DNA of 64,000 nt from Camelus ferus. Its lineage: Eukaryota. Made by a program: the position numbers and the translations under genes. Below, in pieces: positions 14,416 through 26,741 of this stretch (positions within the stretch are counted from its first letter, which is position 1; each line of letters starts with the position of its first letter). Below the pieces are notes generated by a model. It did not search any database and was not told the DNA's origin. It worked only from the letters and a program-made list of their open reading frames with translations. The DNA is taken from assembly GCF_009834535.1 (NCBI RefSeq), contig NC_045707.1, positions 59,646,001-59,710,000 on the forward strand. Direction: 5' to 3'.

Positions 14416-15493
14416 AATAGGTGGGTCGTATTCATCTATCTATTTCCAGTATCTGAGAGAGCCTGGCAAACAGTACAATGAAATGAATTTCTAATAGAAA
14501 ACAGAGACTCGGAGTCAAGAGCGTTCTTTTGGAATCCTTTAGCAGTACTGTTTTGTTACATTAATGTTTAAAGTGCAGCAGATCCATGAACTACACTTAT
14601 ATCTACCTACAGTGAATCCAGAGGTTCACAGTCAATCTTTTAGATGAATTTTGTGGCCTGGCAAATTAGAGAATGGATGGGGCTGTAGTAATTCTGAAAA
14701 AGATCTCGGTTACTGATATCAGAAATGATGATAAAATTAAAATTAAAAGTGCAACCTTAAGACTATATGTCACTTCCTTCATTAATTTTCTAACATTAGC
14801 ACCACTTGCTCAGTTTTATGACAGATTTCCATCGTCCTAAAAATAGCATTAAAGAAATTTTTTTTCAACTGGAAATAGAGATCAAAAGACAAACCAAATG
14901 GCCACGAAAGTTCAGAATCAAATCAAATCCCACTCACAGTGGTTATAAATCATAATTTATACTTTTATATGAGCTCTTTGCAAAGGAGTGGGAAACATGA
15001 CTCCTCCTATCAGATCTGTGTATTTTGTTTAAAAAGGAACATTTGTGTAAATGTTTCCAGACAGAACTTTTTAAAATGTGTGTGTGTATATATATATATA
15101 TATTGGTATAGGGTGGAGTAACATGAAAGGAAGGCAGATTTGAAACAGAATCATGATGCCTACTTAAAGGAGACACTTTTATATATTTAAGAAAATATTA
15201 AACTTCTATATTTTATACAAAGCTCAGGAGCCAAATTCTGTACGGAGAATAGAACTACTGAGAACATTAACAACATAAGAGTCAGAGCCAAATAATAGAT
15301 AGGCAGGTTCTAATCAAAATACTTACCTTGTATTTGGAGAGTAAAACCTAAGTTTTTTATTCACTAGCCTGTCCAAGATTCATAAAGTGTTCCCTTTACT
15401 GTTTATCATGAAATAATTGACCGGCAAGTTTTGAACATTGTATCATCCACAGTCTACTATTCTTTTCTTTCCTCCTTCCCACAAAATACATGT

Positions 15494-15530
15494 ACACACA
15501 CACACACCACACACACACACACACACACAC
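15494..15530. repeat. Interrupted (CA)n microsatellite
   Basis: acacacacacacaccacacacacacacacacacacac seen directly. Confidence 0.95.
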
Positions 15531-15887
15531 CTTCTTTTTAAAATATGTTCTTAAAATCAGGTCAGTCCCAGACAAACTAGCAAGTCTCTGTTGACTTTCC
15601 ACTTTTTCGTCCTATTACTCTGTTCTCATTTGACATCCCTGGTCCCTTCATTGTACCCCATCACCAGGGTCCTAGCCCCGCAAGGCCACCATTGGAGGAA
15701 GCTGAGAAAATACATATCTTTCAAGAAACAATGCTGTCCTTTCCTTATCTCTCTTCTGTCAGACCCCATCATCTCATATCTCTTTCAAATGTGCCCTAAT
15801 TTGCTAATATTTTAATAAGTGACTCCTGTAAGGTAAGGCATTTTGTGTCAAAAAAAAATTGAAATACTTGAGAAATATCTTGAGAGC

Positions 15888-16195
15888 AGAGGTAGTCGAC
15901 TGGATCAGGCCCTCCAAAGATGCTTTGTTAGACAAGCACAGTGTTTTAAAAAAGATTTTAGCTAGTTTTTAAAACTCAGACTGTTTCAGATTTCTGGCTT
16001 CTTTTGAGAAATGGGACGATCTGGCTGCACGAGGCCCCAATTCATGCATTTCGATAGTGAGGGAGAGCTGTCTCTTTCATATGGAAGCTGTACTTTTCAG
16101 TTAACCCATTCTCCTCACCATTACCTGTTGTTCATATAATCAGCCCTTTTCACACATTTACCCTTCTTGTCTGGTCCCCAAACGCATTTCTTTCA
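15888..16195 (+). mobile_element. MER102-like hAT-Charlie element (short form)
   Basis: gcacagtgttttaaaa...gatttctggcttcttttgagaaatgggacgatctggc...ttcacacatttac. Similar to the element at 13960. Confidence 0.7.
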
Positions 16196-17601
16196 TCGTA
16201 TAATTCCTATGCTGGATACTAGCTAGTCCTCTCTGGGTCTGCTAGCTGCACCTGGTGGGGTTGGTTAAAATAATGAAATCCCAAGAATTGGTTATTTTTT
16301 TTTCCTCATAAGCAAGCCTGCTTCACTATCAGTAGCTTATTGTTTTTCAAACCCAAATTACTGAGGTTTTTTTTTTATATTAACATGAAGTATCACTTAG
16401 AGCAAGATTCAGAGATCTATAACAGAGGTATATTTCCCCTAACTTTTATCTTGGCTTATAAACTGTTTTGAATCTTATTTTAGAGATAGAAACCTTTCTA
16501 GGTTATGTTCATAATTGTCATGCTGGGAGGGCGGTGACAGCACTGTGGAGTTAGTCAACTGGAAAAAACATCTAGGAAAGTGCTGGGCAAAGTTCCAAAG
16601 TCAACAAACCAAAGTCAAGCTGCTATAGTTTCTGGAAGTCGGGAGTGGGGAGGGGAGCTCAAGTTCTGAGATCTAGGAGAGCAAATCACACATTTGAAAG
16701 AGGAAACAGGTAAGTGTCAGGGAGTTAGAGAAAGCCAGCTGCACAGATGGGCAAAAACAAGCTGTCCTATGACATCCCTGGAGTTTCTGCAGAAAATAGG
16801 CAGCTGTCTGTGTACTTTTTAGAACACATTAGTGTAACAAGACAGCAACTAGGAGAGCGATATTATAATCACAGAGTTTTCATTTCACTATCAACAATGT
16901 AAAGGAAGTTCTTAGAGCATCCTGAAGATACTTCTCCAGCTTTGACAAACTCACTCTGCTTTAAATACCACTGGAAAATTCTGATTGAAAGGTTTGATTG
17001 CAAAGCTTTATTGGAACAAGGTATCATTCTTGCCAACTAACTCTATGACCCTGAACCTCTAATTTTGTCTTGGACCAAATCTTAACCTCTGAAAGTTAGA
17101 TTAAACATGCCTACACAATTCCAAGTTTTCAATCCCCTCGCCTCCATTTTTTCTCAGATTGCTAATCTGATGTTTCTTACATTAACAGATTAATTTTATC
17201 AATTCACTTTTAATAAACATACTTATACGACTATGTCCATAGAAGTACTCAGAGCAGTTCAACTCTAATATAAATATACTGCATTATGGACTTCAACTGC
17301 ATCGTTTCTTTTTTTTTCTTTTTTAAAAACAATTACTGTTGAATTTAATGCTTGAGGAAAAGCGTCATATTTAGCAGCAGAGAAAGTCTGATGGAACAGT
17401 AAACTCCTAAGGAAATGTTTAATCTGGTAGAAGGGAACCTCCATAAACGTTGACACCAGAAGATGTATAGCATGAGGCAAGGGGTAGTTAGTTATTTAGC
17501 TCATTCCTGAGGTTCTTAAACATATCAAATTTCCTTCCTTAGTTCCTTTATGTTAGCCTCTGATTCTGATTTTATATTTATAGACCTTTTCTGAGGGTGG
17601 T

Positions 17602-17638
17602 GGGTGGGTATAGCTCAGTGGCAGAGTGCATGCTAAGC
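17602..17638 (+). mobile_element. Camelid SINE, 5' head only
   Basis: gggtgggtatagctcagtggcagagtgcatgctaagc matches the first ~37 nt of the other SINE copies, then stops. Confidence 0.75.
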
Positions 17639-17807
17639 CCTGTTCTTCAGGAAACTAACATCCATTGAGATATTAATAGTTGTCTATCAATGGCGCTGGA
17701 TGATTATCAAGAAACTCCTCATCACTTATACTTTCCCCTTACTTAACTAATATCAAAGTTAGTTACCTACCAAATAATCATTACCTGTCTCTCCTTTTCC
17801 TTTATTA

Positions 17808-18030
17808 AGAGCTAACGCATATTCATTACTTTTTACCAGGTACTGTATTAAGCACTTCATACCTCACTATTTTTCTATTTTCTGTTTCACTATTTTCTCA
17901 CTATTATTCTCATTTTCTGATAAAGAAAATGGGACTTATCAGATTTCAATAATTTTCTCAAAATCATGCAGGTAATAAATGGTGAAGTTGAAAGTAAATC
18001 CAGAGAGTTGGATTCTACAGCTTGCCTCCT
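17808..18030 (-). mobile_element. MIR SINE
   Basis: ccaggtactgtattaagcactt...attattctcattttctgataaagaaaatggg...aaaatcatgcaggtaataaatggtgaagttg. Confidence 0.75.
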
Positions 18031-18860
18031 CTATGAACTTCAAGGGGAAGCTTTGATGAGCATCATAAAGAAATAATTTTCCATCAGCAAGAAGATATAG
18101 GTAGAATTCTTCAACACACCTTTGTATTAAACGCTTCTCCTCAGTGATTATACGCTATGACATGGGCTTACAACTTTATTATCTTGACTGCACATTAAAT
18201 ATGTCATGTTTTCATAATTTATTAAGTAACTAATTTATAAGAGTATTTTTGCCTTCTACTCTAATGTTAGTTTGAATTATTCCTCCCTATTATTGAGTAT
18301 CTTGTTAATATCACAATATAACAAAAATTATAATTATAAAAGTGTTCCATGGTCAGATGCATTTGAGAAATTTTTGTGTAGGTCAATTCCTTTAAACTCA
18401 TAAAAGTGACAGAGTGGATGACTAGCCTCCACAAAGGCTTCTGCTAGACTAGTAGATGAGGAATTATACCTGCAAGGCTGTTAGTCACAGAGCAGCAAAG
18501 GGGAGAAACTGATGGAATCAATGACACCATTCCCGTGAAGGAAAATAAATGGACACAGGACCAGTGCACTTAGGATGAATGGCTTGTCTCTGGAAGGCAG
18601 CACAGTGTTAACAGAAGCATATTAGACCGAAAAGCAGGGGTCCAGTGCCATTTCTATGGCTGCTGGCTTTTGGAGTTGTGCATAAGTCTTGCAACTCAAA
18701 TTGTTTCAATTAACAAGCATTTGTTAAGTTGCTAGCTGTGATTTACATGACACAGCACATCATAGTAAGTCACTGAACTTAGGTTGTTACCAGTTTCAGA
18801 AATGTAATAAGCCACAAATAATAGGACTGGAAATTTGTTAAAGAGTTTTGGGAAAAAAAA

Positions 18861-19343
18861 TTTTATTCTGTTTTGCTTTATTGTGCTTTGCAGATACTAA
18901 GTTTTTGATGATAAGAAAGTTTGTGGCAAACCTGTGTTAAGCAAGTCTATCAGTGATATTTTCACAATAGTGTTTGCTCACTTCACGTCTCTGTGTCACA
19001 TTTTGGTAATTCTCACAATATTTCAAACTTTTTCATTATTACTGTATCTGTAATCGGTGATCGCTGATCAATGATCTCTGATGTTCCTACTGCAAAAAGA
19101 TTATGACTCACTGAAGTCTTAGATAATGGCTAGCATTTTTTTGCAATAAAATATTTTTAATTGAAGCAGGTAGTTTTTTTTTTTAGACATAATGCTACTG
19201 CACACTTAACAGACTACAGTATAGTGTAAACATAACTTTCATACGTACTAGGAAACCAAAAACGTTATGACTTGCATCGTTGCAATATTTGCTTTATTTC
19301 AGTGTTCTGAACCCAAACCTTCGGTGTCTCCAAAGTATGCCTG
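18861..19343 (+). mobile_element. Tigger1 internal-deletion derivative (Tigger1a_Art-like)
   Basis: Tigger1 left arm (tttgtggcaaacctgtgttaagcaagtctatc...ctctgtgtcacattttggtaattctc) is joined near 19090 to the right arm. It ends in TIR ...agtatgcctg followed by TA. The left TIR is missing. Confidence 0.88.
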
Positions 19344-20309
19344 TATCTAGACTTGAGAGTAAGAGAAACACGACTGCCATTACCCCAAACAGATGACATA
19401 TATATATCTGTCTCTTAAGAACATCAACGGAGATGAGAAACAAAAGCACTTTACAGAATATTTTAAGTTCAACATAATATGAAAAAAAATTCTCACCACA
19501 CAACATTTACTAAGTTGGTATCAATATAATCTTTGGTAATACATTTATACTGAATCACAGCATAGATAAAGAATACCATACCTAAATTACTAGGAAAATA
19601 TATTTGATTTCAGTTATTTTGTTATTTCAGTTTGTTTCACTTCCCAATTTTTGTAGCAGAAATACCAAGGAAAAGTTCTAACATTTCATCATGAGCATTA
19701 AATTAACAGGCAGACTTACTTATAAAATAGGATAATCTTGCTTAAGAGAAGAAAGAACGGAAAATATTTCACTAACCACAGGCTGCTTCGGAGAACTATC
19801 TTGGGTCTAAATTATTAAATCATTTATTATATTAGAATATTGGGCACGACTCCCTCCCTTTGAACTAGAGTCTGAAACATTATAGGCATTTCAGATGTTG
19901 ATGTGACTTGAAGTCACTTTCAGAAGAACTTGAAGCTTTCCTACAGAGTTTACAGATAGCTGTTTAAGACACTTAGGGACACAGTCACATTGTGGAATAC
20001 CTACTTGGTGCAAAAAGTCATCTGCATACTTTATACTATATATAATCTTACAGTTGTTATATTGAGATTTAAGGATATTTCTCTAAGTCAACATAGAGCA
20101 CGCTATTTACCCTCTGAGGTTTTGTATAAATATCAAAGCATAAAAGATGTTCTCAAAATTAAAAAGTAAAGGTAAAATATAGACATGCTTTGCTAATTTC
20201 AACCATGGATGACCAAATATGAAGTAGATATGAGCTAGGGGATAAAAATTATTGTATTTCTTTACTTCCTAATTTCTTTAAAGTTAAAGAAATCAAAATA
20301 GGCTGCAAA

Positions 20310-20575
20310 CCACAAGTTTATATTCTATGTCTGTGAGTCTGGGATTTCAAAATTATAGAATAGATAAACAAGATTATACTGTATAGCACAGGGAAATATA
20401 TACAAGATCTTATGGTAGCTCACAGAGAAAAAAAATGTAACAATGAATATACACATTTTCATGTATAACTGAAAAATTGTGCTCTACACTGGAATTTGAC
20501 ACAACATTGTAAAATGATTATAAATCAATAAAAAAAGTTAAAAAAAATAAATAAAATCCAGGCAAAAGCTGAAAA
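20310..20575 (+). mobile_element. Young camelid L1 3' end with 5' inversion
   Basis: L1 3' UTR (tagataaacaagattatactgtatagcacagggaaa...ttgacacaacattgtaaaatgattataaatcaataaaa). Perfect 15-bp TSD aaaataggctgcaaa at 20295-20309 and 20576-20590. Confidence 0.92.
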
Positions 20576-21280
20576 AAAATAGGCTGCAAATAGCAAAGTT
20601 CTCAGCAAAGTCATTCATCAAAAAAATTTAACCAAGAGCTCAAATTTGATTAAATATGAATTATAATTTGTTTAGAATTAGAATCTGTAAAGTGAAGACT
20701 TATGAGACTAACGTAAGATAAAATTCAAAGATTATGTTCTAATTCTTAGGTTTTTCTCGTATTCGTATGGGTTTGGTTTTAGTTTTGAGTAACTAACCAA
20801 GCTTCAGACAGACACAGGACAAGAGTGGTAACTACTGCATAGACTCACAGAGTCCAAATTTATAATAGAAGTTCTTTGTATATCCCGAAGTTACCAAATG
20901 CAGATGAATGCTGTAACTATTGGACATATTTTCTTATGCTCATGTGAGGACTAGAATTTTCTTCCACCCTAAAGATACAAATCGTACTTAGAAATGAGAT
21001 TAAGAAGAACCCAAAGTTCTGGGTTCACGTACATCTCTAATTACCACGGTGTTTCAACAATTCGACAGTCATTAATCCTGAACTGTAACTAAGGGTAATT
21101 AAAATTAATGAAAAGGCTCTTTAAGTTCAATATAACATGATTTTCTGAGTTCAGTATAACATTGTCACAGAGCAAAAGAATATTTGCTGTGTTATCGTTG
21201 AAATAATTACGGTTAGTTAAAATAGTTGTGTTTACCATGAATTGTCCAGCATTTAAAATTTAATCCTAGATAAATCCACC

Positions 21281-21699
21281 TGTATTAGTCAGGGTTCCTC
21301 AGGGAGACAGAACACACACACACACACGCACGATGTATACCTGGGACTGGGAAGTCCCAAGGTGTGCATTTGGCAAGCTGGAGATCCAGGAGAATGGGTT
21401 GTATAATTCCAGTTGGAATCCAAAGGCCTGAGAACCAGGAGGACCAAAGAGGTAAGTTCCAGACCAAGGGCAGGAAAATACTGATGTCCCAGCTCAAGGA
21501 CTCAGCCTTCTTGTTCTTTTCAGGTCTTCAATTGAGTGGATGAGGCACATCTACATTAGGAGGGTATCTTTACTCCGTCTACCAGTCCAGATGCCATCTC
21601 ACCCATAAACACCCTCACAGTCACACTCAGAGTCATGTTTGACCAAATGTCTGGGCACCTGTGACATAATCAAGGTGACACATAAAATTAACCATCATA
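21281..21699 (-). mobile_element. MLT2 (ERVL) solo LTR
   Basis: tgtattagtcagggttc...tgacacataaaattaaccatcata. Flanks ccacc/cgacc give a 5-bp TSD with one mismatch. Confidence 0.88.
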
Positions 21700-23319
21700 C
21701 GACCCAAAAGGATGTTCCTTTTAAACTTCATCATTTTTCTAAGATGAAATGAGCTGTTTTATTTCTCTTAAAGTTTATTGTTCATTTTAAAATTAAATTA
21801 AATAATACATATTGATTAATATAATACTCCAAAAAAGGATAATTTACATTTACAGAAAAATGAATTCAGAATTAAAGATCTCAAAGGCATTGCAAATATC
21901 TAAATAATTCTATCAAAGGAGAAAATCACATTAATATGTAGTAACTCCTCTAGTCCTTCCAATAAATATTCATTAAGCTGCTATTAAGTTTTGGGCATTT
22001 TGCTAAATGCAAATGATATATGAGTGAGCAAAGTAGATATGATCTCTGTTATCATCAGACTTATAATCTAGTGGAGAAAACCAGCATTTCATAATCACAC
22101 AAATCAATACAAATTTTGATAAAACTTGACTATATCCCTAAACAAGGTACAGTCTTTCCCTGGATACTGGTTCTAAAGTTACCTGTAAGTCACACATTAC
22201 TCACACTCAAATTTTCCCTTGAAAAATACTTCAGTTTCCCCTCAAGTAGAAGATGTATAGTTTTAAGCATACAAGTCTATACCGTTGTATGGAAATTGAA
22301 ACCAAGAAGAAATTCAACTCTTCTATCTCATGAGCACCCAAGGGTAGAACTAAATGGAATGATGGGCTGAATTTTCCATAGCATTCAAATTATTTTCTCT
22401 CAATATCTACTCCCATTTTCTCCCTCTCTTACCAGCTCCTATGAATAAAATTTTCTAAATTAAATGCACTTATGATGGGACATCACTGTGAGGGATGCAT
22501 CTGTTTCTTGAGAATGAGACTATCTTTAAGGCAAGGTCAAAATTGTATTCTTAGCATCTAACATTGTAACTGGAACCTAAAATAATTGTTTATCTAATTA
22601 GCATGGAAAACTGTTGTCAAAACTCAGACTAGAAAAGAATCCTCCTTTCTCAAAAAGCTTGTAATCCACACCATACTAAATGAAAACAATTGAAAAATTT
22701 CATACAAAGACATTTTAAATTGACTATGGTGACTGAAGTCAAGCGGTAGAGTTATAAATCATGTCAAAAGGCAACACTAGACTAGGACCACAATTATATA
22801 GCTCATTCCAGCCTAGTAATTACTTATGGAGAGTTGGCTATGTGGTAGACACTGTTTTAGGTATTTATTTAAGAAGAAAAAAAGAATTAAAGTACCTCTA
22901 ATTTTAGAATGATGAAGGAAATGACATTAAGAATGTATCAAATTAAGCAACTTTTATTCAGCAAGCTACAATAGTTAATAACAAGAACATCAGAAAAAGT
23001 GTGGGATATAACCATGTCTTTGAGCATGAAGACTTCAGCAACCAGTTGTCCAGGGGTGACAAAATGCTTAAATGGCATCCAAGGCCAATTTGCGATATTG
23101 TCAAATGGAAACAAATTATATACATTAAAAATATGAATAAAGCATAGTACTATACTTGAGGGACTTTTGGTCTGTGTTCGACTAAAAGAAGCAGAATATA
23201 AATCAATATAATACACTAAGTCTAGGAGGCACATGCATTAAAATGATAGTGGGGAGGATACAGATGTTCAAAGGAACCAGGGAATTAAAACAAACAAACA
23301 AACAAACAAACACACACAA

Positions 23320-23775
23320 AAACCCTGAACCACTGAACAGCAGGTTGTGTAAGCAAAAGCCATTCAGTGTTACTAGAGCAGAGAAATGAGGCTGTAAATG
23401 AAAGCAGGGACTGGATTATGGCTTTTATGTACACCGTGCTGGGCAGATGGAACTGCGCCCCGTGGCAATAGGGAGCATTCACATGGAAACAGTATGATCA
23501 AACTGACATTTCTCAGGCATCAGTTGAAAGATTGTTTGGGAGGCAGTAAAACTGGACTGGGACCATCAGACAAGGTGACTTTACAGATTGCAGATGAGCG
23601 ATCACAATGATTGATACCAGGACAGTGATAAAAGAGATAGATGGGGGAGGGAGGGATTAAAGAAATATTTAAGACATGAAATAAGCAGGATCTGGTGACT
23701 GATTTGATACCAGAAATTAAGAATAGATATCTGGCTCAGGTAAATAGATACATGATGTCACTTTCAACCAGGAGG
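23320..23775 (-). mobile_element. L2 LINE fragment
   Basis: Purine-rich L2 reverse-strand signature, e.g. agaaatatttaagacatgaaataagcaggatctggtgactgatttgata. Confidence 0.65.
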
Positions 23776-25067
23776 AGGAATTGCCAGAAAGAATTGTATT
23801 ATCTGTTTAAAAAGAAATAATCTTCAATGGAAAGGTTTAGTTGCTCCCACTGTCAAGAAGGTAAGAAAGATCATGGAGCTCAAGCTATGTCTCCCTGTGG
23901 ATTAAAATCAGCCTTAAGCAACAGGACAGTTAGAGAATGACTCAAATTGCAAGCAAGTTAATTAATTCAGTGATGTTCTTTTAGGAATGTGACCACTCCA
24001 ACTTATTTAAGTGCTTGTTAATAGATTATTAACTACTCAAGTGAGAAACTAAGGGAAAGAGATGAGCATAGAGAGAGAAATTTAGAATGAATATTAGAAA
24101 TCACTTTCAACTGAAGATCCAAGCATACTCTTAAAAATTTTGATTCACAGAAATACTCCTCTGGGGCAGATACAACCTGGAAGAAGAAAAGGCACTTTCT
24201 TTTATGACCACCAGTACTTTGATTTCTATGCAGATGTTTATCATACAACAAACATGCATGCGTTTATTGAGCACTTGCTCTGCACAAGGTATTGCTGTGC
24301 ACTGCTTTTTTCTGAAATAAAGAGGCACATACATATATATAGCTACCAAAAAAACATAAATAGTGGTGAAAGCTTTGGCAAACTATGTCGTCTTTGCAGA
24401 CTTCAGACTGATCATTTGTATAATGAGGCCGCTGAAATATAAGGGCCTTTCAAACTCCGTGACTCTGACATAAATTGAGGAACCTAATGACACATCACTA
24501 TAATAAAACACTAACTCTTAGAAAAAGTTTAATATTTTAATTATTTTCCCCTACCCTATATAATAAGGATAAGCTCATATTTTCAGGAACAATGATGAGA
24601 TAATTAATTGGTTAGACTCCTTTTCCTTATCGCAAATGACACATTTGACATGATATACTCGCCATGGTAGATGTTATATCCACAAATACAGACTTTTCCA
24701 ACAAAAAAGATGAGATTCCAGAAATACTCCATCCATCCAGCATCATCATCCTTCTTATCATACTTATGGTAAGACTTGCTTTTTCATAACTTAATTTTTT
24801 GAAAATGGGGTACATCCCATAATAATTTGGCACTATAAACATTTATTTCCTCCTTCTAAAGTTTTACTAAATTGATGGCGATTCTGAGATTGCAGAAATA
24901 CTCAGAGCTACTCTTTCTCAAGACTTGGAGCTGCTTCAGGGCACCGTGCTAAAAGCATCTAGTTATTCTCTAAAAACCACTATACAATTCAAGTAAAACA
25001 AATATAACCAGAATATCTAAGCTCCACCCACCAGAGACCTCTTAATCAGACCACATTACCGTTTTCT

Positions 25068-25378
25068 TTTTAATAGACAGTTTTTTAGAACAGTTTTAGG
25101 CATAGAAAACTGAGAAGATAGTACAGAGACTTCCCATATAGCCAGCACCGAATTTCCTCTATCATTAACATCTTACATCACTATGGTGTATTTGTCACAT
25201 TCAATGAATTAGTGTCAATACATTATTATTAACTAAAATCCATATTTCATTCTTATTCCCTTAGTTTTTAATTAGTGCCTTTTTACCCCCTATTCCAGGA
25301 TCTCATTCAGGATACCATAATACTTTTAGTCAGAATGTCTGCTTGGGCTACTCCTGGCTATGTCAGTTTCTTAGACTG
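25068..25378 (-). mobile_element. Old L1 (L1MC-type) 3' end
   Basis: ttttttagaacagttttagg...agtacagagacttcccatata...tattccaggatctcattcaggatacca. Confidence 0.75.
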
Positions 25379-25829
25379 TGGCCAGAAAATAGTGATGGAA
25401 ACAGACCAATTGCATTTCCACATTTATTTCCATATCTACATGATTTATTTTAGAATTTTGATGGAAATATCAATAATAACACTCACAGTTATCATTTCTC
25501 ACTCTACCCTATGCCTTGGAAAAAGATAAAGAACCTGAAATGCTAAGTGCTTCTCCAATATGTGATATTTTTCTCAAAAGATACAAAGGCAAGGAGGAAA
25601 CGACTATGGCCTACTGATAGAGGAACACACAAATGGAGACAAAGAATCTTACAGACTGCTCATTAATAATGTGTTTGCAATGTATCACCTACCATGTAAT
25701 TTACACACAGCCTAAATACTTGTAGTCAATAAATACATCATTCATATGAGCGAGGATATAGTCAAAATACTGTCGATTTAATCAAATCCCACAAACGAGA
25801 ACTCTTTTTCTCATTATTACTAGATTCAA

Positions 25830-26200
25830 TTTATTCATTCATTGATAAATTCACTGAATTAAAATTTATTGTGCCTAGGTACTAGAGGATGTTTTAGAAA
25901 CTGAGAACACAAGAGTGTTAGCTCACAGAACTAACATTCCAGTTGGAAACTTAATTGATCATTATTATGTATTAATAAGTGCTGTCACTTATCAAGCAGA
26001 ACAAGAAGGATAGCAAGATAAGGAGTGACAAGGTGTTTTCTTGAGAAGTATAGTCAGAGAAGATCTTTCGAAGAAGTGTCATTTGAGCAGAAGGTTATAT
26101 GAAATACAGACATGAGCCATGTAAATAGCTAAAAGTAACAGTGACCACAAACGTTTTGAGCAATCGTGTATGGAGTGTTCAAAAAATAGCAGTTTAAATG
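25830..26200 (-). mobile_element. L2 LINE 3' fragment
   Basis: ttattcattcatt...gtgcctaggtact...ctaacattccagttgga...aagtgtcatttgagcaga. Confidence 0.65.
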
Positions 26201-26574
26201 TTTATAGTCTGTTGGCAGTTTGAGGAAAAAGGGACTTTTCCCAAAACATATTTCTGGAGAAAATACACTTTTAAAATGTTTCTTCTCTATAAAAACCAAC
26301 AAACAAATGACCAAGACCTCCCTTTCACCTCTATTGGTGGCGGCTAAAGACTTTGACAACGTAAAGTCTTAAGTTTTCTTGCCAAATAGCTAGTTATTTA
26401 TAAAGTTTAAATAAATATATTCTTCCTATAATGAAATATACATTTCTTGTGCAACTCTGGTTAATTTCTTCTAATGTGTATTTTTGTACATTTATCATGG
26501 AAGCTGTTAATGTCAAACAGAGTAACCAGATTTATAGAGAGTAAGGAGAATGAAGTAATTGTTTATCAAGACAG

Positions 26575-26741
26575 GTATAGCACAGGGAAATATACACAAA
26601 ATGTTATGATAACTCAGAGAGAAAAAAATGTGACAATGAGTGTGTATATGTCCATGAATGACTGAAAAATTGTGCTGAACACTGGAATTTGACACAACAT
26701 TGTAAAATGATTATAAATCAATAAAAAATATTAAAAAAAAA
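26575..26741 (+). mobile_element. Young camelid L1 3' end (5'-truncated)
   Basis: Same L1 3' UTR as at 20341-20545, with an A tail. TSD aagacaggt at 26568-26576 and 26742-26750. Confidence 0.92.
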
